NCBI GenBank assembly: GCA_033762295.1
Contig: JANRLW010000069.1
Coordinates: 64,001-128,000, forward strand
Length of the DNA stretch: 64,000 bases
Source: Capsulimonadales bacterium
Lineage (GTDB): Bacteria > Armatimonadota > Armatimonadia > Armatimonadales > Armatimonadaceae
Direction: 5' to 3'
The number at the start of each line of letters is the position of its first letter. Within the stretch, counting starts at the first letter, position 1. Shown here in pieces: positions 48,816 to 59,115 of this stretch. Made by a program: the position numbers and the translations under genes. The notes under the pieces were generated by a model that worked only from the letters and a program-made list of their open reading frames with translations, ran no database searches and was not told where the DNA came from.

Positions 48816-49910
48816 GAAGGACGGAATGACGACCGGTTCGCCGTCGCGCAGGGCGGATTCGTGGGCGTAGAGGCCGGGCGCGGTCCAGTTCGCGGCGGTG
48901 ACGGCGTCAATGGCCGGAGGACGCGCCTCGATAATGCTGCGGACGAACTCATGGGCGAGATGGGGATGAGAGCCGCCGTGCGCGCCGTCGTGCGCGTATT
49001 CCGTGAACCGACGCAGAGGTTCCGGCAGACGGTCGGCGTAATCCGGGACCTCGATCCGTTCGACCGCGACCGGGCGACCGGCAAACGGAACCGCCGTCTC
49101 CCCGAGCGTGAACAGGCAATGTTTGTCGCCCGATAACTGAGTCCACTCGAAACTTCGTTTGGTGCCGTAGACGCTGAACGCTTCGACGTAGGGACGCGCC
49201 GTTTCAAACCAGGAACGGGTCACCTCCGCGGCGGCATCGGTGTTCTCCAGGCGGAAGAGCGCCGTCTCCAGACGAAACGGGCTGAACTCCGTCGGTTCCA
49301 GACGGGCCGATAGCCGCCCGGAACCGAGACAACTCACCTTCGTCGCGCGGGTATTCGTCAATGCCAGAAGCGGCGCGACGGCATGGGTGGCGTAGTGCAT
49401 CGGCGGGACGGTTTTCCAGTATGCGGGGTAACCCTCCACATCCTGAAAGTAGGTGCCGCGCAGGAACGTCAGCTCGCCCAGTTCACCACGGTCGTACAGG
49501 TCCTTGACGAAGAGAAACTCCCGCGAGTAGACGACCGTTTCCATCATCATGTAGTTCAGACCGGTTCGCCGCCGGGTCTCGACAATCCGGGTGAGTTCGT
49601 CCGGAGTGGAACCCATGCAGACGGCGCTGGCGCAGTGCTTCCCGGCGTTCAGGACACGGATCGCCTGTTCGGCATGGAGGAGAAACGGGGTCAGCAGGTG
49701 GACGGCGTCGATATCCGGTTCCGCAAGAACGTGGTCCAGGCTGTCGAAACGGCGGGCCGCCCCGATCCGCTCGCCCACCTCATGGAGTCGTTGCGGATCG
49801 GTGTCGCAGAGGATGACCTCGCCGACATTCGGGTGCTCCCGGTAGATGGCGGCGAAGGTGGCTCCGAAATGCAGGCCGACGACGGCGATACGGATTTTCG
49901 ATTCCTGCAT
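48810..49910 (-). CDS. Gfo/Idh/MocA family oxidoreductase
   Basis: IAVVGLHFG, DIDAVHLLTP, AGKHCA, YMMMET..YSRE, PPMHYATHA, HGGSHPHL. Confidence 0.9.
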   Translation of the reverse strand: MQESKIRIAVVGLHFGATFAAIYREHPNVGEVILCDTDPQRLHEVGERIGAARRFDSLDHVLAEPDIDAVHLLTPFLLHAEQAIRVLNAGKHCASAVCMGSTPDELTRIVETRRRTGLNYMMMETVVYSREFLFVKDLYDRGELGELTFLRGTYFQDVEGYPAYWKTVPPMHYATHAVAPLLALTNTRATKVSCLGSGRLSARLEPTEFSPFRLETALFRLENTDAAAEVTRSWFETARPYVEAFSVYGTKRSFEWTQLSGDKHCLFTLGETAVPFAGRPVAVERIEVPDYADRLPEPLRRFTEYAHDGAHGGSHPHLAHEFVRSIIEARPPAIDAVTAANWTAPGLYAHESALRDGEPVVIPSFG

Positions 49911-49914
49911 CGGA

Positions 49915-51732
49915 TCACTGATCGCGTTTTTCGGCTTTGCGGCGGAGTCCGGCGTTCAGTTCCTTTTTGCGCATCCGGACATTCTTCGGGGTGATCTCCA
50001 CCAGTTCGTCCGGACCGATATATTCGAGCGAGCGGTCAAGGCTCATTTCCGTCGGTTTGGTCAGGCGAATGGCCACGTCCGAGGTGGACGACCGCATATT
50101 GGTCAACTGCTTCGTCTTGCAGACATTGACGACCAGGTCACCCTCCCGCTGATGCCTGCCGACAATCATCCCCTCGTACACCTCGATCTGGGAACCGATG
50201 AACAGTTCGCCACGCTCCTCGGCGTTGGAAAGGCCGAAGGTTGTGGTGGTGCCGCTTTCGGAGGCGATCAGCGACCCCTGGCTGCGATGGGAGATCTCCC
50301 CGGCCCACGGACGAAACTCCTCGAAGAGGGTGGAGAGGACACCGGTGCCTCGGGTGAGCGTCAGGAAGCGCGACCGGAATCCGAGAAGACCGCGCGTCGG
50401 CATGACGAATTCGAGACGGGTCCCGCCGCGTTCGCCGGGCCGCAGGTCCATCAGTTCGCCACGGCGTTCTCCCAGCGCCTGCACGACCGCGCCCTGATAC
50501 TCCTCGGCGACCGAGATCAGCACGCGTTCGTACGGTTCCTCACGTCCGTTGGGGCCGTCATGGGTGATTACTTCCGGCATCGACACCTGCAGTTCGTAGC
50601 CTTCGCGGCGCATCTGTTCGATCAGTACGGCCAGGTGCAGTTCGCCGCGCCCGAACACCAGGAACTCTTCCGGCGAGTCGGTCTCCTCAACCCGGAGGGC
50701 GACGTTCTTCTCCAGTTCCTTGAACAATCGCTCGCGGAGTTTTCGCGACGTGGAAAACTGGCCCTCGCGTCCGGCGAACGGCGACGTATTGACGGCGAAG
50801 GTCATCTGCAGGGTCGGTTCGTCCACCTTCGGCGCGGGGATCGGTTTCGGATTCTCGCCGGTCGCGATCGTCTCGCCGATGGTGATTTCGGAAAGCCCGG
50901 TGACCGCGATGATATCGCCCGGAAAGGCGGCCTCGACCGGAACCCGTTTCAGTCCCTCGTAGACGAAGACGCCCTGTGTGCGCGCCGCATAGAAGCTTTC
51001 GTCCCGACGGAACACCGTGACGTTCTGATTGGGTTTGAGGGACCCGGCGAATACCTTGCCGACGCCGAGGCGACCGAGATAGGGGTCACTGTCGATGGTG
51101 GAGATCAGGGTCTGCGCCGGGGCGTCCGCGTTGCCGAAACTCTTCGGTTCGGGAATATGCTGCAAAATCGTTTCGAACAGCGGTTCGAGGTTCTCGCCGG
51201 GCACCGCCGGATCGAAGGTCGCTTTGCCTTCAAGAGCGATGGCGTAGACGATCGGAAAGTCCAGCTGTTCGTGGGTCGCGCCGAGGGCATCGAAGAGGTC
51301 GAAGGTTTCGTTCACCACCCAGTCCGGGCGGGCATCGGCGCGGTCGATCTTATTGACGACGACGACCGACTTATGTCCGGCCTGAAGGGCTTTCTCCAGA
51401 ACGAACCGGGTCTGCGGCATCGGGCCGTCGACGGCATCGACGAGGAGAAGGACGCCATCGACGACGAGCATGACCCGCTCGACCTCGCCGCCGAAGTCGG
51501 CGTGACCGGGGGTGTCCACGACGTTGATTTTGACGTCCTTATACGAGATGGCCGTGTGCTTGGAAACGATGGTGATGCCCCGTTCCCGTTCCTGATCCAT
51601 GGAGTCCATGACGCGGGTAGCGACTTCCTGGTTGGCGCGGAAGACGCCGCCCTGCTTGAGCATGCCGTCCAGCAGGGTGGTCTTGCCATGGTCGACGTGG
51701 GCGATGATAGCGATGTTTCGAAGTGAGTTCAT
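49915..51732 (-). CDS. typA: Translational GTPase TypA/BipA
   Basis: [58 protein letters not shown]. Confidence 0.97.
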   Translation of the reverse strand: MNSLRNIAIIAHVDHGKTTLLDGMLKQGGVFRANQEVATRVMDSMDQERERGITIVSKHTAISYKDVKINVVDTPGHADFGGEVERVMLVVDGVLLLVDAVDGPMPQTRFVLEKALQAGHKSVVVVNKIDRADARPDWVVNETFDLFDALGATHEQLDFPIVYAIALEGKATFDPAVPGENLEPLFETILQHIPEPKSFGNADAPAQTLISTIDSDPYLGRLGVGKVFAGSLKPNQNVTVFRRDESFYAARTQGVFVYEGLKRVPVEAAFPGDIIAVTGLSEITIGETIATGENPKPIPAPKVDEPTLQMTFAVNTSPFAGREGQFSTSRKLRERLFKELEKNVALRVEETDSPEEFLVFGRGELHLAVLIEQMRREGYELQVSMPEVITHDGPNGREEPYERVLISVAEEYQGAVVQALGERRGELMDLRPGERGGTRLEFVMPTRGLLGFRSRFLTLTRGTGVLSTLFEEFRPWAGEISHRSQGSLIASESGTTTTFGLSNAEERGELFIGSQIEVYEGMIVGRHQREGDLVVNVCKTKQLTNMRSSTSDVAIRLTKPTEMSLDRSLEYIGPDELVEITPKNVRMRKKELNAGLRRKAEKRDQ

Positions 51733-51764
51733 ACGTTTCCGGGTGGTCAATCAATCGACGCGAC

Positions 51765-51841
51765 AAAAGGCCCGTACCGAATGGGTCGCCGACTCCGGCA
51801 CGGGCCTTGAGGATTTTACCATGGTCCCCGGTACGCCACAA
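51765..51841 (-). promoter_or_regulatory. Putative typA promoter overlapping a terminator-like hairpin
   Basis: TTGTGG (51841-51836), 17 nt, TG-extended TAAAAT (51818-51813); 13-bp stem 51808-51796/51779-51767 ending in UUUUGU. Confidence 0.55.
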
Positions 51842-51861
51842 TGACCGGAAACCGTCGACAG

Positions 51862-53280
51862 TCAGGCGATAATGCGCGGGTGGACTTCGCCGTAGACATC
51901 GGTCAGGCGATAGTTCCGTCCGCCGTACCAGTAGGTCAGGCGTTTGTGGTCCATGCCCATCAGGTGTAATAGGGTCGCGTGAAGATCGTGAATATGCATC
52001 CGGTCGACCTCCGCATAGTAGCCGTAGTCGTCGGTCGCGCCGTACACGAAACCCGGTTTGACCCCGCCGCCTGCCATCCACATCGTGAATCCGTGGGGAT
52101 TATGGTCGCGACCGTCGCCGCCCTGAGCGGTCGGCGTCCGCCCGAACTCGCCGCCCCAGAGGACCAGGGTATCTTTCAGCAGACCACGGGATTTCAGGTC
52201 TTTGAGCAGTCCGGCGATCGGCTTGTCCACCTCTTTCGCGTTGTTGGTATGTCCGTTACGCAGGTCGCCATGCTGGTCCCATTTGTAACTGTGGGAGACC
52301 TGAACGAAACGCACGCCCTTTTCGGAAAAGCGACGGGCGAGCAGGCACTGCCGACCGAAGTTGTCCGTCGGCTTCTCGCCGATCCCGTACAGGTCCAGGG
52401 TCGCCTTGGTTTCTTTGGAAAGGTCCATCAGATCGGGAGCCTCGGTCTGCATTCGAAACGCCAGCTCAAACGCGTTGATCCGGCCTTCCAGTTGCGGATC
52501 GTGGTTGGCTTCTCCGAAGTGCCGCAGCTGTTCCTCATTAACTTCCTTGAGAAAGTCAAGTTGCAGCCGCTCGACGTCGCGCTGCTCCTCGCTGCGAATA
52601 TGCTCGATTGCCGCCTTCTCCGCCGGAATCCCGGCGTTCCCGATCGGCGTTCCCTGATAGGCGGCAGGAAGGAAAGCGGAGGACCAGTTCTGAACGCCGC
52701 CATGCCCGAGGGTCGGACAGATCGTAATGAAACCGGGGAGACTCCGGTTCTCGGTGCCGAGGCCGTAGGTGATCCACGAACCCATGCTCGGGCGAACGAA
52801 CCGGTCGCTGCCCGTATGCAGTTGAAGCAGGGCACCGCCGTGAGCCGTGTTATCGGCGCAGATCGACCGGATCACGCAGAGATCATCGACGCATTTTCCG
52901 ACTTCCGGGAAAAGGTCCGAAACCTCGATTCCGCTCTGGCCGTACTTGCGAAACTCCCACGGCGACCGGAGCAGGTTGCCGGTCTGCGCGAACTGAATCC
53001 GCGGTTTCTTTCCGGGATACGGTTTGCCGTGGTCACGGATCAGGAGCGGTTTCGGGTCAAAGGTATCGACCTGCGACGGGCCACCGTGCATGAACAGGAA
53101 GATGATGCGTTTGGCCTTCGGCGGGAAATGGGGCTTTCTCGGCGCCAGCGGGTTGTCCGCCGCCATCGCCTCCTCGGAAAGCAGCGATGCCAGGGCCAGC
53201 ATACCGAACCCGCTGGCGCAGTCGCTCAACATCTCCCGTCTTGTTCGCGGGCGCAGAAACCGATGGCAGGAATGGCTCAC
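51862..53280 (-). CDS. DUF1501 protein with Tat signal (second copy)
   Basis: TRREML, AKRIIFLFMHGGPSQVDTFDPKP, GSWITYGLG, WDQH, GEFGRTP, GRDHN; GTG start. Confidence 0.92.
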   Translation of the reverse strand: MSHSCHRFLRPRTRREMLSDCASGFGMLALASLLSEEAMAADNPLAPRKPHFPPKAKRIIFLFMHGGPSQVDTFDPKPLLIRDHGKPYPGKKPRIQFAQTGNLLRSPWEFRKYGQSGIEVSDLFPEVGKCVDDLCVIRSICADNTAHGGALLQLHTGSDRFVRPSMGSWITYGLGTENRSLPGFITICPTLGHGGVQNWSSAFLPAAYQGTPIGNAGIPAEKAAIEHIRSEEQRDVERLQLDFLKEVNEEQLRHFGEANHDPQLEGRINAFELAFRMQTEAPDLMDLSKETKATLDLYGIGEKPTDNFGRQCLLARRFSEKGVRFVQVSHSYKWDQHGDLRNGHTNNAKEVDKPIAGLLKDLKSRGLLKDTLVLWGGEFGRTPTAQGGDGRDHNPHGFTMWMAGGGVKPGFVYGATDDYGYYAEVDRMHIHDLHATLLHLMGMDHKRLTYWYGGRNYRLTDVYGEVHPRIIA

Positions 53281-53305
53281 TTGGTTACTCCTTCGGGAGG
53301 GGACC

Positions 53306-56300
53306 TCAGTCGATGTAACAGAACTCGTTGGTGGCGAACAGCGCCTGGCAGTAGTTTTCCCAGACCCGTTTCCGGCGTTTCTCCGGGTCGGCTTCGTGCG
53401 CCGTCAGGGCGGCGTCGAACCGGGCGAGATAGGTCAGCGAACGCCGTACTTCGGTGGGTGAGGGCGGACGGGAAAGGGCGCGATAATAGGCCTGACGAAC
53501 CCGCGCCTCGTCGGTTGCCGGAGCCTGCGGCGCGTCCGTCAGCGAACCGGCAAACGACCGGGCGGCCTCGCGCGCCAGCGGGCTGTTCAACAGGTAGAGC
53601 GCCTGCGGGGCGACCGTGGTCGAGGAACGACGGGCGTTGACGATGGTGGCGTCACCGAAGTCGAACGCCTGGAAAAAACCGAAGATGGCGTTGCGGATCA
53701 CCGGAAGATACAGGCTGCGGCGAGGCGCGCCGTATTGCGCCTGATCGTTCGACTGGTCGTTGGTGACGTAGTCGTTGTTCGGCGTCGTCAGGAGCGTTCC
53801 CCCCATAGTCATGTCCAGCTTTCCGGCAACATAGAGCAGGGAATCGCGGAACGGTTCGGCTTCCAGGCGGCGGCGATTCATTCGCCAGAGCAGGCGGTTC
53901 GACGGATCGACACGCGCCGCCTTCGCGGCGATCGGCGAGACCGAACTCATCCGGTAGGCCGACGAAAGCATCAGGCGGCGGAGCAGTTTTTTCTGCGACC
54001 AGCCATCCTCATTGACAAAGGTGGAGGCGAGATAGTCCAGAAGCGCAGGATGGCTGGGCTTTTCGCCGGTCAAACCCCAGTTATCGGGGGTGGAAACCAG
54101 CCCCTCGCCGAACAGGTGCTGCCAGGTGCGATTGACGGCGACACGGGCGGTGAGGGGATGTCGGGAATCGGTCAGCCACCGGGCGAAGGCAAGTCGTCCG
54201 CTGGATTTATCGTTGATCGGATCGGCAGGGTTCGGCGGACAGGCGCGGGTCAGCACGACGGGGTACCCGCGCGGCACCATATCGCCGAGCGTCTGGGTAT
54301 CGCCTCGCAGGTGGACCCGGACATCGGCCGGTTTCATCTCCTCCTCGACCGCCATGACGATCGGAATGGCCGGTTCTTTCTTCCGGGCGGCGTCCAGCGT
54401 CTCCTGCGCCTGCTTCAGGGCGGCCCTGGCGGCATCGGAGAAGCGTTCCTCCGGTCGGGTCGGGGGAGCATACAGCGTGTCGTCCGTATGGACGGTCGGC
54501 CGCGCGGCGTCCGGAGTGTCGAAGTCGACCAGACGGGCGGCGAAACGCCGGACGACCTCCGGAATCAGCCCGTCCCGTTTGGCGATGTCCTCCGCCGTGA
54601 GCGGTTTGTCGCCGCCGGCGGGCGGCGCGGTCCGGCGGGGAGCGACCAGCAGCAGACGATGGAAATGGGGGATCGGGCCGTCGAGCCGTTCGATCCGGAT
54701 CGTGTTCTTTCCGGCGACGAAATCGAAGATGCCGACGGGGTCCCAGCGTTGACCCTCCGGCATCCAACTGCCGGTCACGCCACCGGCGGCGTTTTCCCGG
54801 ACGAGTTTTCCGTTGATCAGCAGGCGAACCGGACGAGACTCCTCGGCGGCATAGCGGAGTTCGAACTGGTAACGGCCCGCCGTCGGCACGTCGATGTCCC
54901 ATTCGGCCGTGACCGGTGTCCCGTTGGTGATGATGACACCGATCCCTTTGCCGTAATGATCGGTGTCCCGAGCGGCGTTCCCTCGGACGAACGACGTCGC
55001 CTCGATCGTCTGCCGGGCGGGCAGATCCGGGCGATCCTTCGCCTCGGCCAGCGACAGCAGGATGCCGGGTTGGCGCGCCAGTTCCAGGCCCGCCTTCACG
55101 TAACGGTCGGCGTCCCGGCGCAGTCCGGCGGACAGCTCGGCGTTGCCGTCGGCGCGCGCCTTCTCGACCGCCGCCTGCAGCGGTTTCAGGGAATCGGCGT
55201 GTTTCCGACGCGCCTCCTCCAGTTCCTTCGTCGTCAGCGAACGCTCGTTCCATTCCGAGACGAAGCCGAGATTCTTCATCGTTCGGGTGCTTTTGAAGAT
55301 GCCGGCAAGCGCATAGTAGTCGCGGGTGGAGATCGGATCGAACTTATGGTCGTGGCACCGGGCGCACGCGATCGACAGCCCCATGGTGGCGCGGGCGGTG
55401 ACGTCGATCTGCTCGTCGACGATGTCCATCACCATCTTGGGTTTATCCTGCTCGGCCAGCACCTTGGCGCCGAGAGTCAGAAAACCGGTCGCGGTGAGAC
55501 GTTCGTTACGCAGGTTTTCGTCGTTGCCGCTTTCAAGGAGGTCTCCCGCCAGTTGTTCGCGAAGGAACTGATCGTACGGTTTGTCCTGATTCAGGGCGCG
55601 AACCACCCAGTCGCGGTAACGCCAGGCATAGGCGAAGGCTTTGTTTTCGTCCAGCCCGTTGGAATCGGCGTAGCGGACGACATCGAGCCAGTGCCGTGCC
55701 CAGCGTTCGCCGTACTGCGGGCTGGCGAGAAGTCGGTCCACGACCCTGGCGAACGCGTCCGGGGAGCGGTCGGCGACGAACGACTCGACCTGGGCGGGGG
55801 TCGGCGGCAGTCCGGTCAGGTCGAAATAGGCGCGACGGATCAGGGCGCGTTTGCCGGCGGGCGGCGCCGGGGTCAGCCCTCCGGCTTCGAGCGCGGCAAG
55901 CAAAAAGCGGTCGGTCGGCGACGTCGGCCAGGTGAGGTTTTTCGTCCTCGGCGGCGGAACGCGTTTGACCGGGCGGAACGCCCACCAGGCTCCGGACGGG
56001 GCGGCGGCGGTTTTCTTCGGCGCGGCGGTGGGCCAGGGGGCGCCCATGCGCACCCATTCGGTCAGGACGGCGATCTCCGACGCCGGACGCTTGCCATCCG
56101 GGGGCATTTTGACCTTGCCGTCGTGACGCATCACCCGGACGAGGTGGCTGCTTTCCGGATCGCCGACCACAAGGGTTTTTCGAACGTCCGCCGGGTTATC
56201 CAGCCGGACGCCGCCGGATTGCAGGGACGGGCCGTGACAGGGAACGCACTGGGTCACGAGAACGGGGCGCACCTTCGATTCGAAGAAGGTCGCCTGTTCC

Positions 56301-56425
56301 GCCGTCGCCGTCGGCAGGGCGACGGGAGGCGGCTGGGCAATGCCGAAGGCATTGAAGACAAGGGTTCCCGCCATGGCGAGGATGGCGGCGACTCCGTGGG
56401 ACCCGCGTGTACGTCGGAATGCCAT
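53306..56425 (-). CDS. PSD1/PSCyt cytochrome c protein with inserted CBM-like beta-sandwich
   Basis: FFESKVRP..CVPCH, CARCHDHKFD, GERWARHWLD, PSHPALLDYLA, TTVAPQAL; insert with AGRYQFELRYA and GKNTIRI. Confidence 0.92.
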   Translation of the reverse strand: MAFRRTRGSHGVAAILAMAGTLVFNAFGIAQPPPVALPTATAEQATFFESKVRPVLVTQCVPCHGPSLQSGGVRLDNPADVRKTLVVGDPESSHLVRVMRHDGKVKMPPDGKRPASEIAVLTEWVRMGAPWPTAAPKKTAAAPSGAWWAFRPVKRVPPPRTKNLTWPTSPTDRFLLAALEAGGLTPAPPAGKRALIRRAYFDLTGLPPTPAQVESFVADRSPDAFARVVDRLLASPQYGERWARHWLDVVRYADSNGLDENKAFAYAWRYRDWVVRALNQDKPYDQFLREQLAGDLLESGNDENLRNERLTATGFLTLGAKVLAEQDKPKMVMDIVDEQIDVTARATMGLSIACARCHDHKFDPISTRDYYALAGIFKSTRTMKNLGFVSEWNERSLTTKELEEARRKHADSLKPLQAAVEKARADGNAELSAGLRRDADRYVKAGLELARQPGILLSLAEAKDRPDLPARQTIEATSFVRGNAARDTDHYGKGIGVIITNGTPVTAEWDIDVPTAGRYQFELRYAAEESRPVRLLINGKLVRENAAGGVTGSWMPEGQRWDPVGIFDFVAGKNTIRIERLDGPIPHFHRLLLVAPRRTAPPAGGDKPLTAEDIAKRDGLIPEVVRRFAARLVDFDTPDAARPTVHTDDTLYAPPTRPEERFSDAARAALKQAQETLDAARKKEPAIPIVMAVEEEMKPADVRVHLRGDTQTLGDMVPRGYPVVLTRACPPNPADPINDKSSGRLAFARWLTDSRHPLTARVAVNRTWQHLFGEGLVSTPDNWGLTGEKPSHPALLDYLASTFVNEDGWSQKKLLRRLMLSSAYRMSSVSPIAAKAARVDPSNRLLWRMNRRRLEAEPFRDSLLYVAGKLDMTMGGTLLTTPNNDYVTNDQSNDQAQYGAPRRSLYLPVIRNAIFGFFQAFDFGDATIVNARRSSTTVAPQALYLLNSPLAREAARSFAGSLTDAPQAPATDEARVRQAYYRALSRPPSPTEVRRSLTYLARFDAALTAHEADPEKRRKRVWENYCQALFATNEFCYID

Positions 56426-56561
56426 CGTTTTCTTGCTTTCCTGCAATTTCCGCGATAATTGCCCTAGTATAACAGGAAATCGGGCACTTGAACACGAAAA
56501 TTTTAACGCTGATTAAGGAATGGTTTCGCCGCGAACGGGCGGAATCGGAGGATCGTACTCG

Positions 56562-57599
56562 ATGAGGAACCTTGCCATGTCGCGCCGAGCGGGACTCACC
56601 TGCATGGCCGCCGTACTGGTGCTGTTTGTGACCGGATGCGGTGAGCAATCCGCCGAGACGGCGTCCGCGACGCCTGCCGCCGGTTCGTCCTCTTCACCCT
56701 CGACGGGCGGGGAAGGGAAGAAACTGACCGTTGCCGTCATTCCGAAGGGGTTGACTCATGTCTTCTGGCAGTCGGTCAAGGCCGGAGCGGAAAAGGCGGG
56801 GGGCGAGATGAACGTCACCGTCGAGTGGCAGGGAGCGCAGAAGGAGACCGATACCGCGGCGCAGATCGGTATCGTGGAGAACGCGATCAACCGTAAGGTG
56901 GATGGCATCGTTCTGGCCCCGCTGGACAAGGCCGCGCTGGCCGGGGTCATCAAAAAGGCGCATTCGACCGATATTCCCCTGACCGTGATCGACTCCGCCG
57001 CCGATGTCGCGGAGTCGGAGTACGTCTCCTTCGTCGCCACCGACAACAAAAAGGGTGGGGAGATGGCCGCCGAACGGCTCGGAAAACTGCTCGACGGCAA
57101 GGGGAAGGTCGCCTTCATTCCGGTACAGCCCAACTCGGCCTCGACGATGGAGCGGGAGGCAGGATTCGAGGAAACAATGAAATCCCGGTTCCCCGCCATC
57201 ACAGTGATCCGGACGAACTACGGAATGAACGACCGGGCCAACTCGCTCAAAGTGACCGAGGACGTCCTGACCGCGAACCCGGACATTGTCGGCATCTTCG
57301 GACCGAACGAACCGGCGATCATCGGCGCGTTGCAGGCGGTCAAGAATCGAAATCTGGTCGGCAAGGTCAAACTGGTCGGCTTCGATTCGACGAAACAGCT
57401 GGAGGATTCGCTGGAAAAGGGCGATATCGATTCGCTGATCGTCCAGAATCCGTTCAAAATGGGATATGAGGGCGTCAGAACGATCGTCGATCTGAAGGCC
57501 GGGAAGACGCCGGAAAAGCGTCTCGACACCGGGGTCAGCCTGATGACGAAGGAGAACATGAATACGCCCGAAATGACCGCGCTGCGTTCGAAAGGATAA
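56562..57599 (+). CDS. Sugar ABC transporter substrate-binding lipoprotein (RbsB-like)
   Basis: SD GGAGGA, lipobox VTGC, VIPKG..HVFW, ATDN..GG, REAGF, VGFD, VQNPFKMGY. Confidence 0.92.
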   Translation: MRNLAMSRRAGLTCMAAVLVLFVTGCGEQSAETASATPAAGSSSSPSTGGEGKKLTVAVIPKGLTHVFWQSVKAGAEKAGGEMNVTVEWQGAQKETDTAAQIGIVENAINRKVDGIVLAPLDKAALAGVIKKAHSTDIPLTVIDSAADVAESEYVSFVATDNKKGGEMAAERLGKLLDGKGKVAFIPVQPNSASTMEREAGFEETMKSRFPAITVIRTNYGMNDRANSLKVTEDVLTANPDIVGIFGPNEPAIIGALQAVKNRNLVGKVKLVGFDSTKQLEDSLEKGDIDSLIVQNPFKMGYEGVRTIVDLKAGKTPEKRLDTGVSLMTKENMNTPEMTALRSKG

Positions 57600-57603
57600 G
57601 CGG

Positions 57604-59115
57604 TTGTCGGACTCAGCCGGAAACGCTCTCCTGACGATGCAGGGGATCGTCCGATCGTTCGGCGCGGTTCAGGCGTTGCGCGGCGTGAATTTCGAAGTCC
57701 GCCCCGGGGAGATTGTCGTCCTGCTCGGGGAGAACGGGGCGGGGAAATCCACCCTGCTGAAAACGATCACCGGTGTACATCAGCCGGACGCCGGGCGAAT
57801 CGAATGGCAGGGCGCGAACGTCACCCTGGATACCCCGGCGACCGCTCAGCGGCTCGGTATCCGGATGGTCTATCAGGAACTGAACCTCGCCTCCCACCTG
57901 ACCGTCGCCGCCAACATCTGCCTGGGAGACGAACCGGAACGTTTCCCCGGCATTATCGACCATCGGGCGGTACGACAACGCGCGATCGACCTCCTGGCAA
58001 AACATCGGTTCGACCTGGACCCCGATGCGCTCGTCGGCTCCCTCGGTCCGGCGCAACGGCAGATCGTCGAAATCTGCAAGGCGCTCGCCGGCAATGCGAA
58101 ACTGCTGTTGCTCGATGAACCGACGTCCTCCCTGGGCGAACGGGAGATCGAGGAACTGTTCGGGACGCTGCGCGATCTGCGCGGGCGGGGCCTCGGACTG
58201 GTGTATGTCTCTCACCGTCTGCCCGAATGTTTCGCGATCGGCGACCGGATCGTGGTTCTGCGCGACGGGGAAAAGGTCTATGAGTCGGATATTGCCCGAA
58301 CCGATACGGCGACCGTCGTTCGCCGGATGGTCGGCCGCGAACTGGCGGCGTTTTACCCTCGCGACCGTTCGGAACCCGGACCGGTTCGCCTGTCCGTCGA
58401 ACACCTGACCGCTCCGCCCACGCTGAACGACGTGACGTTCTCCGCTCGCGCCGGGGAGGTCGTCGGCATCTTCGGCCTGATGGGGTCGGGGCGTTCGACT
58501 CTCCTTTCGACACTGTTCGGTCTGCGTTCGGGCACGGGGACCGTTCGTACGGACGGTGCGCCGCTTCCGCTGGGAAAAGGCGCGCCGGTAGCGATCCGTC
58601 ACGGATTCGGGTTTATCACGGAGGATCGGAAGCGAACCGGGCTGGCGCTGGGACGGTCGGTCCGGGAAAACCTGACGCTGGCCGCCTTGAACCGCCTGTT
58701 TCCGGGACCGTTCCTGCACCACGGCAGGGACCGAACGGAAGCGGCCGCGATGGTCGAACGGATGGCGGTGAAGACCGCGTCGACGGAAACGCCGGTCGGA
58801 ACGCTCTCCGGCGGAAACCAGCAGAAAGTCGTCATGGGCCGATGGTTCGCGGCAAAGGCGTCCGTACTGCTTCTGGATGAGCCGACACGGGGCGTCGACG
58901 TCGGCAGCAAGGTCGAGATCTACCAGCGGATCAACGAAGCGACCGCCGACGGCGCGACCGTGCTGATGGTGTCCTCCGAACTCCCGGAACTGCTCGGAAT
59001 GAGCGACCGCCTGATCGTTTTGCATCAGGGACGGCTGGTCGCGGACCTGGATCGCGCCGAGGCAACCCCGGAACGACTGCTCCATTTCGCCATGACGGGA
59101 ACCGATATCGTATGA
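57604..59115 (+). CDS. Sugar ABC transporter ATP-binding protein (RbsA-like, two NBDs)
   Basis: GENGAGKSTL, LDEPT, SHRL, EDRK..GL, LSGGNQQK, DEPTRGVDVG, SSELPEL. Confidence 0.93.
   Translation: MSDSAGNALLTMQGIVRSFGAVQALRGVNFEVRPGEIVVLLGENGAGKSTLLKTITGVHQPDAGRIEWQGANVTLDTPATAQRLGIRMVYQELNLASHLTVAANICLGDEPERFPGIIDHRAVRQRAIDLLAKHRFDLDPDALVGSLGPAQRQIVEICKALAGNAKLLLLDEPTSSLGEREIEELFGTLRDLRGRGLGLVYVSHRLPECFAIGDRIVVLRDGEKVYESDIARTDTATVVRRMVGRELAAFYPRDRSEPGPVRLSVEHLTAPPTLNDVTFSARAGEVVGIFGLMGSGRSTLLSTLFGLRSGTGTVRTDGAPLPLGKGAPVAIRHGFGFITEDRKRTGLALGRSVRENLTLAALNRLFPGPFLHHGRDRTEAAAMVERMAVKTASTETPVGTLSGGNQQKVVMGRWFAAKASVLLLDEPTRGVDVGSKVEIYQRINEATADGATVLMVSSELPELLGMSDRLIVLHQGRLVADLDRAEATPERLLHFAMTGTDIV

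Noticed and set aside
53735..56458. 907-aa plus-strand ORF, and similar long antisense ORFs (36097-38505, 49846-51726, 2866-4737, 7765-9390, 45031-46710, 57613-59085)
   Set aside because: They lie antisense to well-supported genes and show no protein motifs. Long stop-free shadow frames are expected in high-GC coding DNA.
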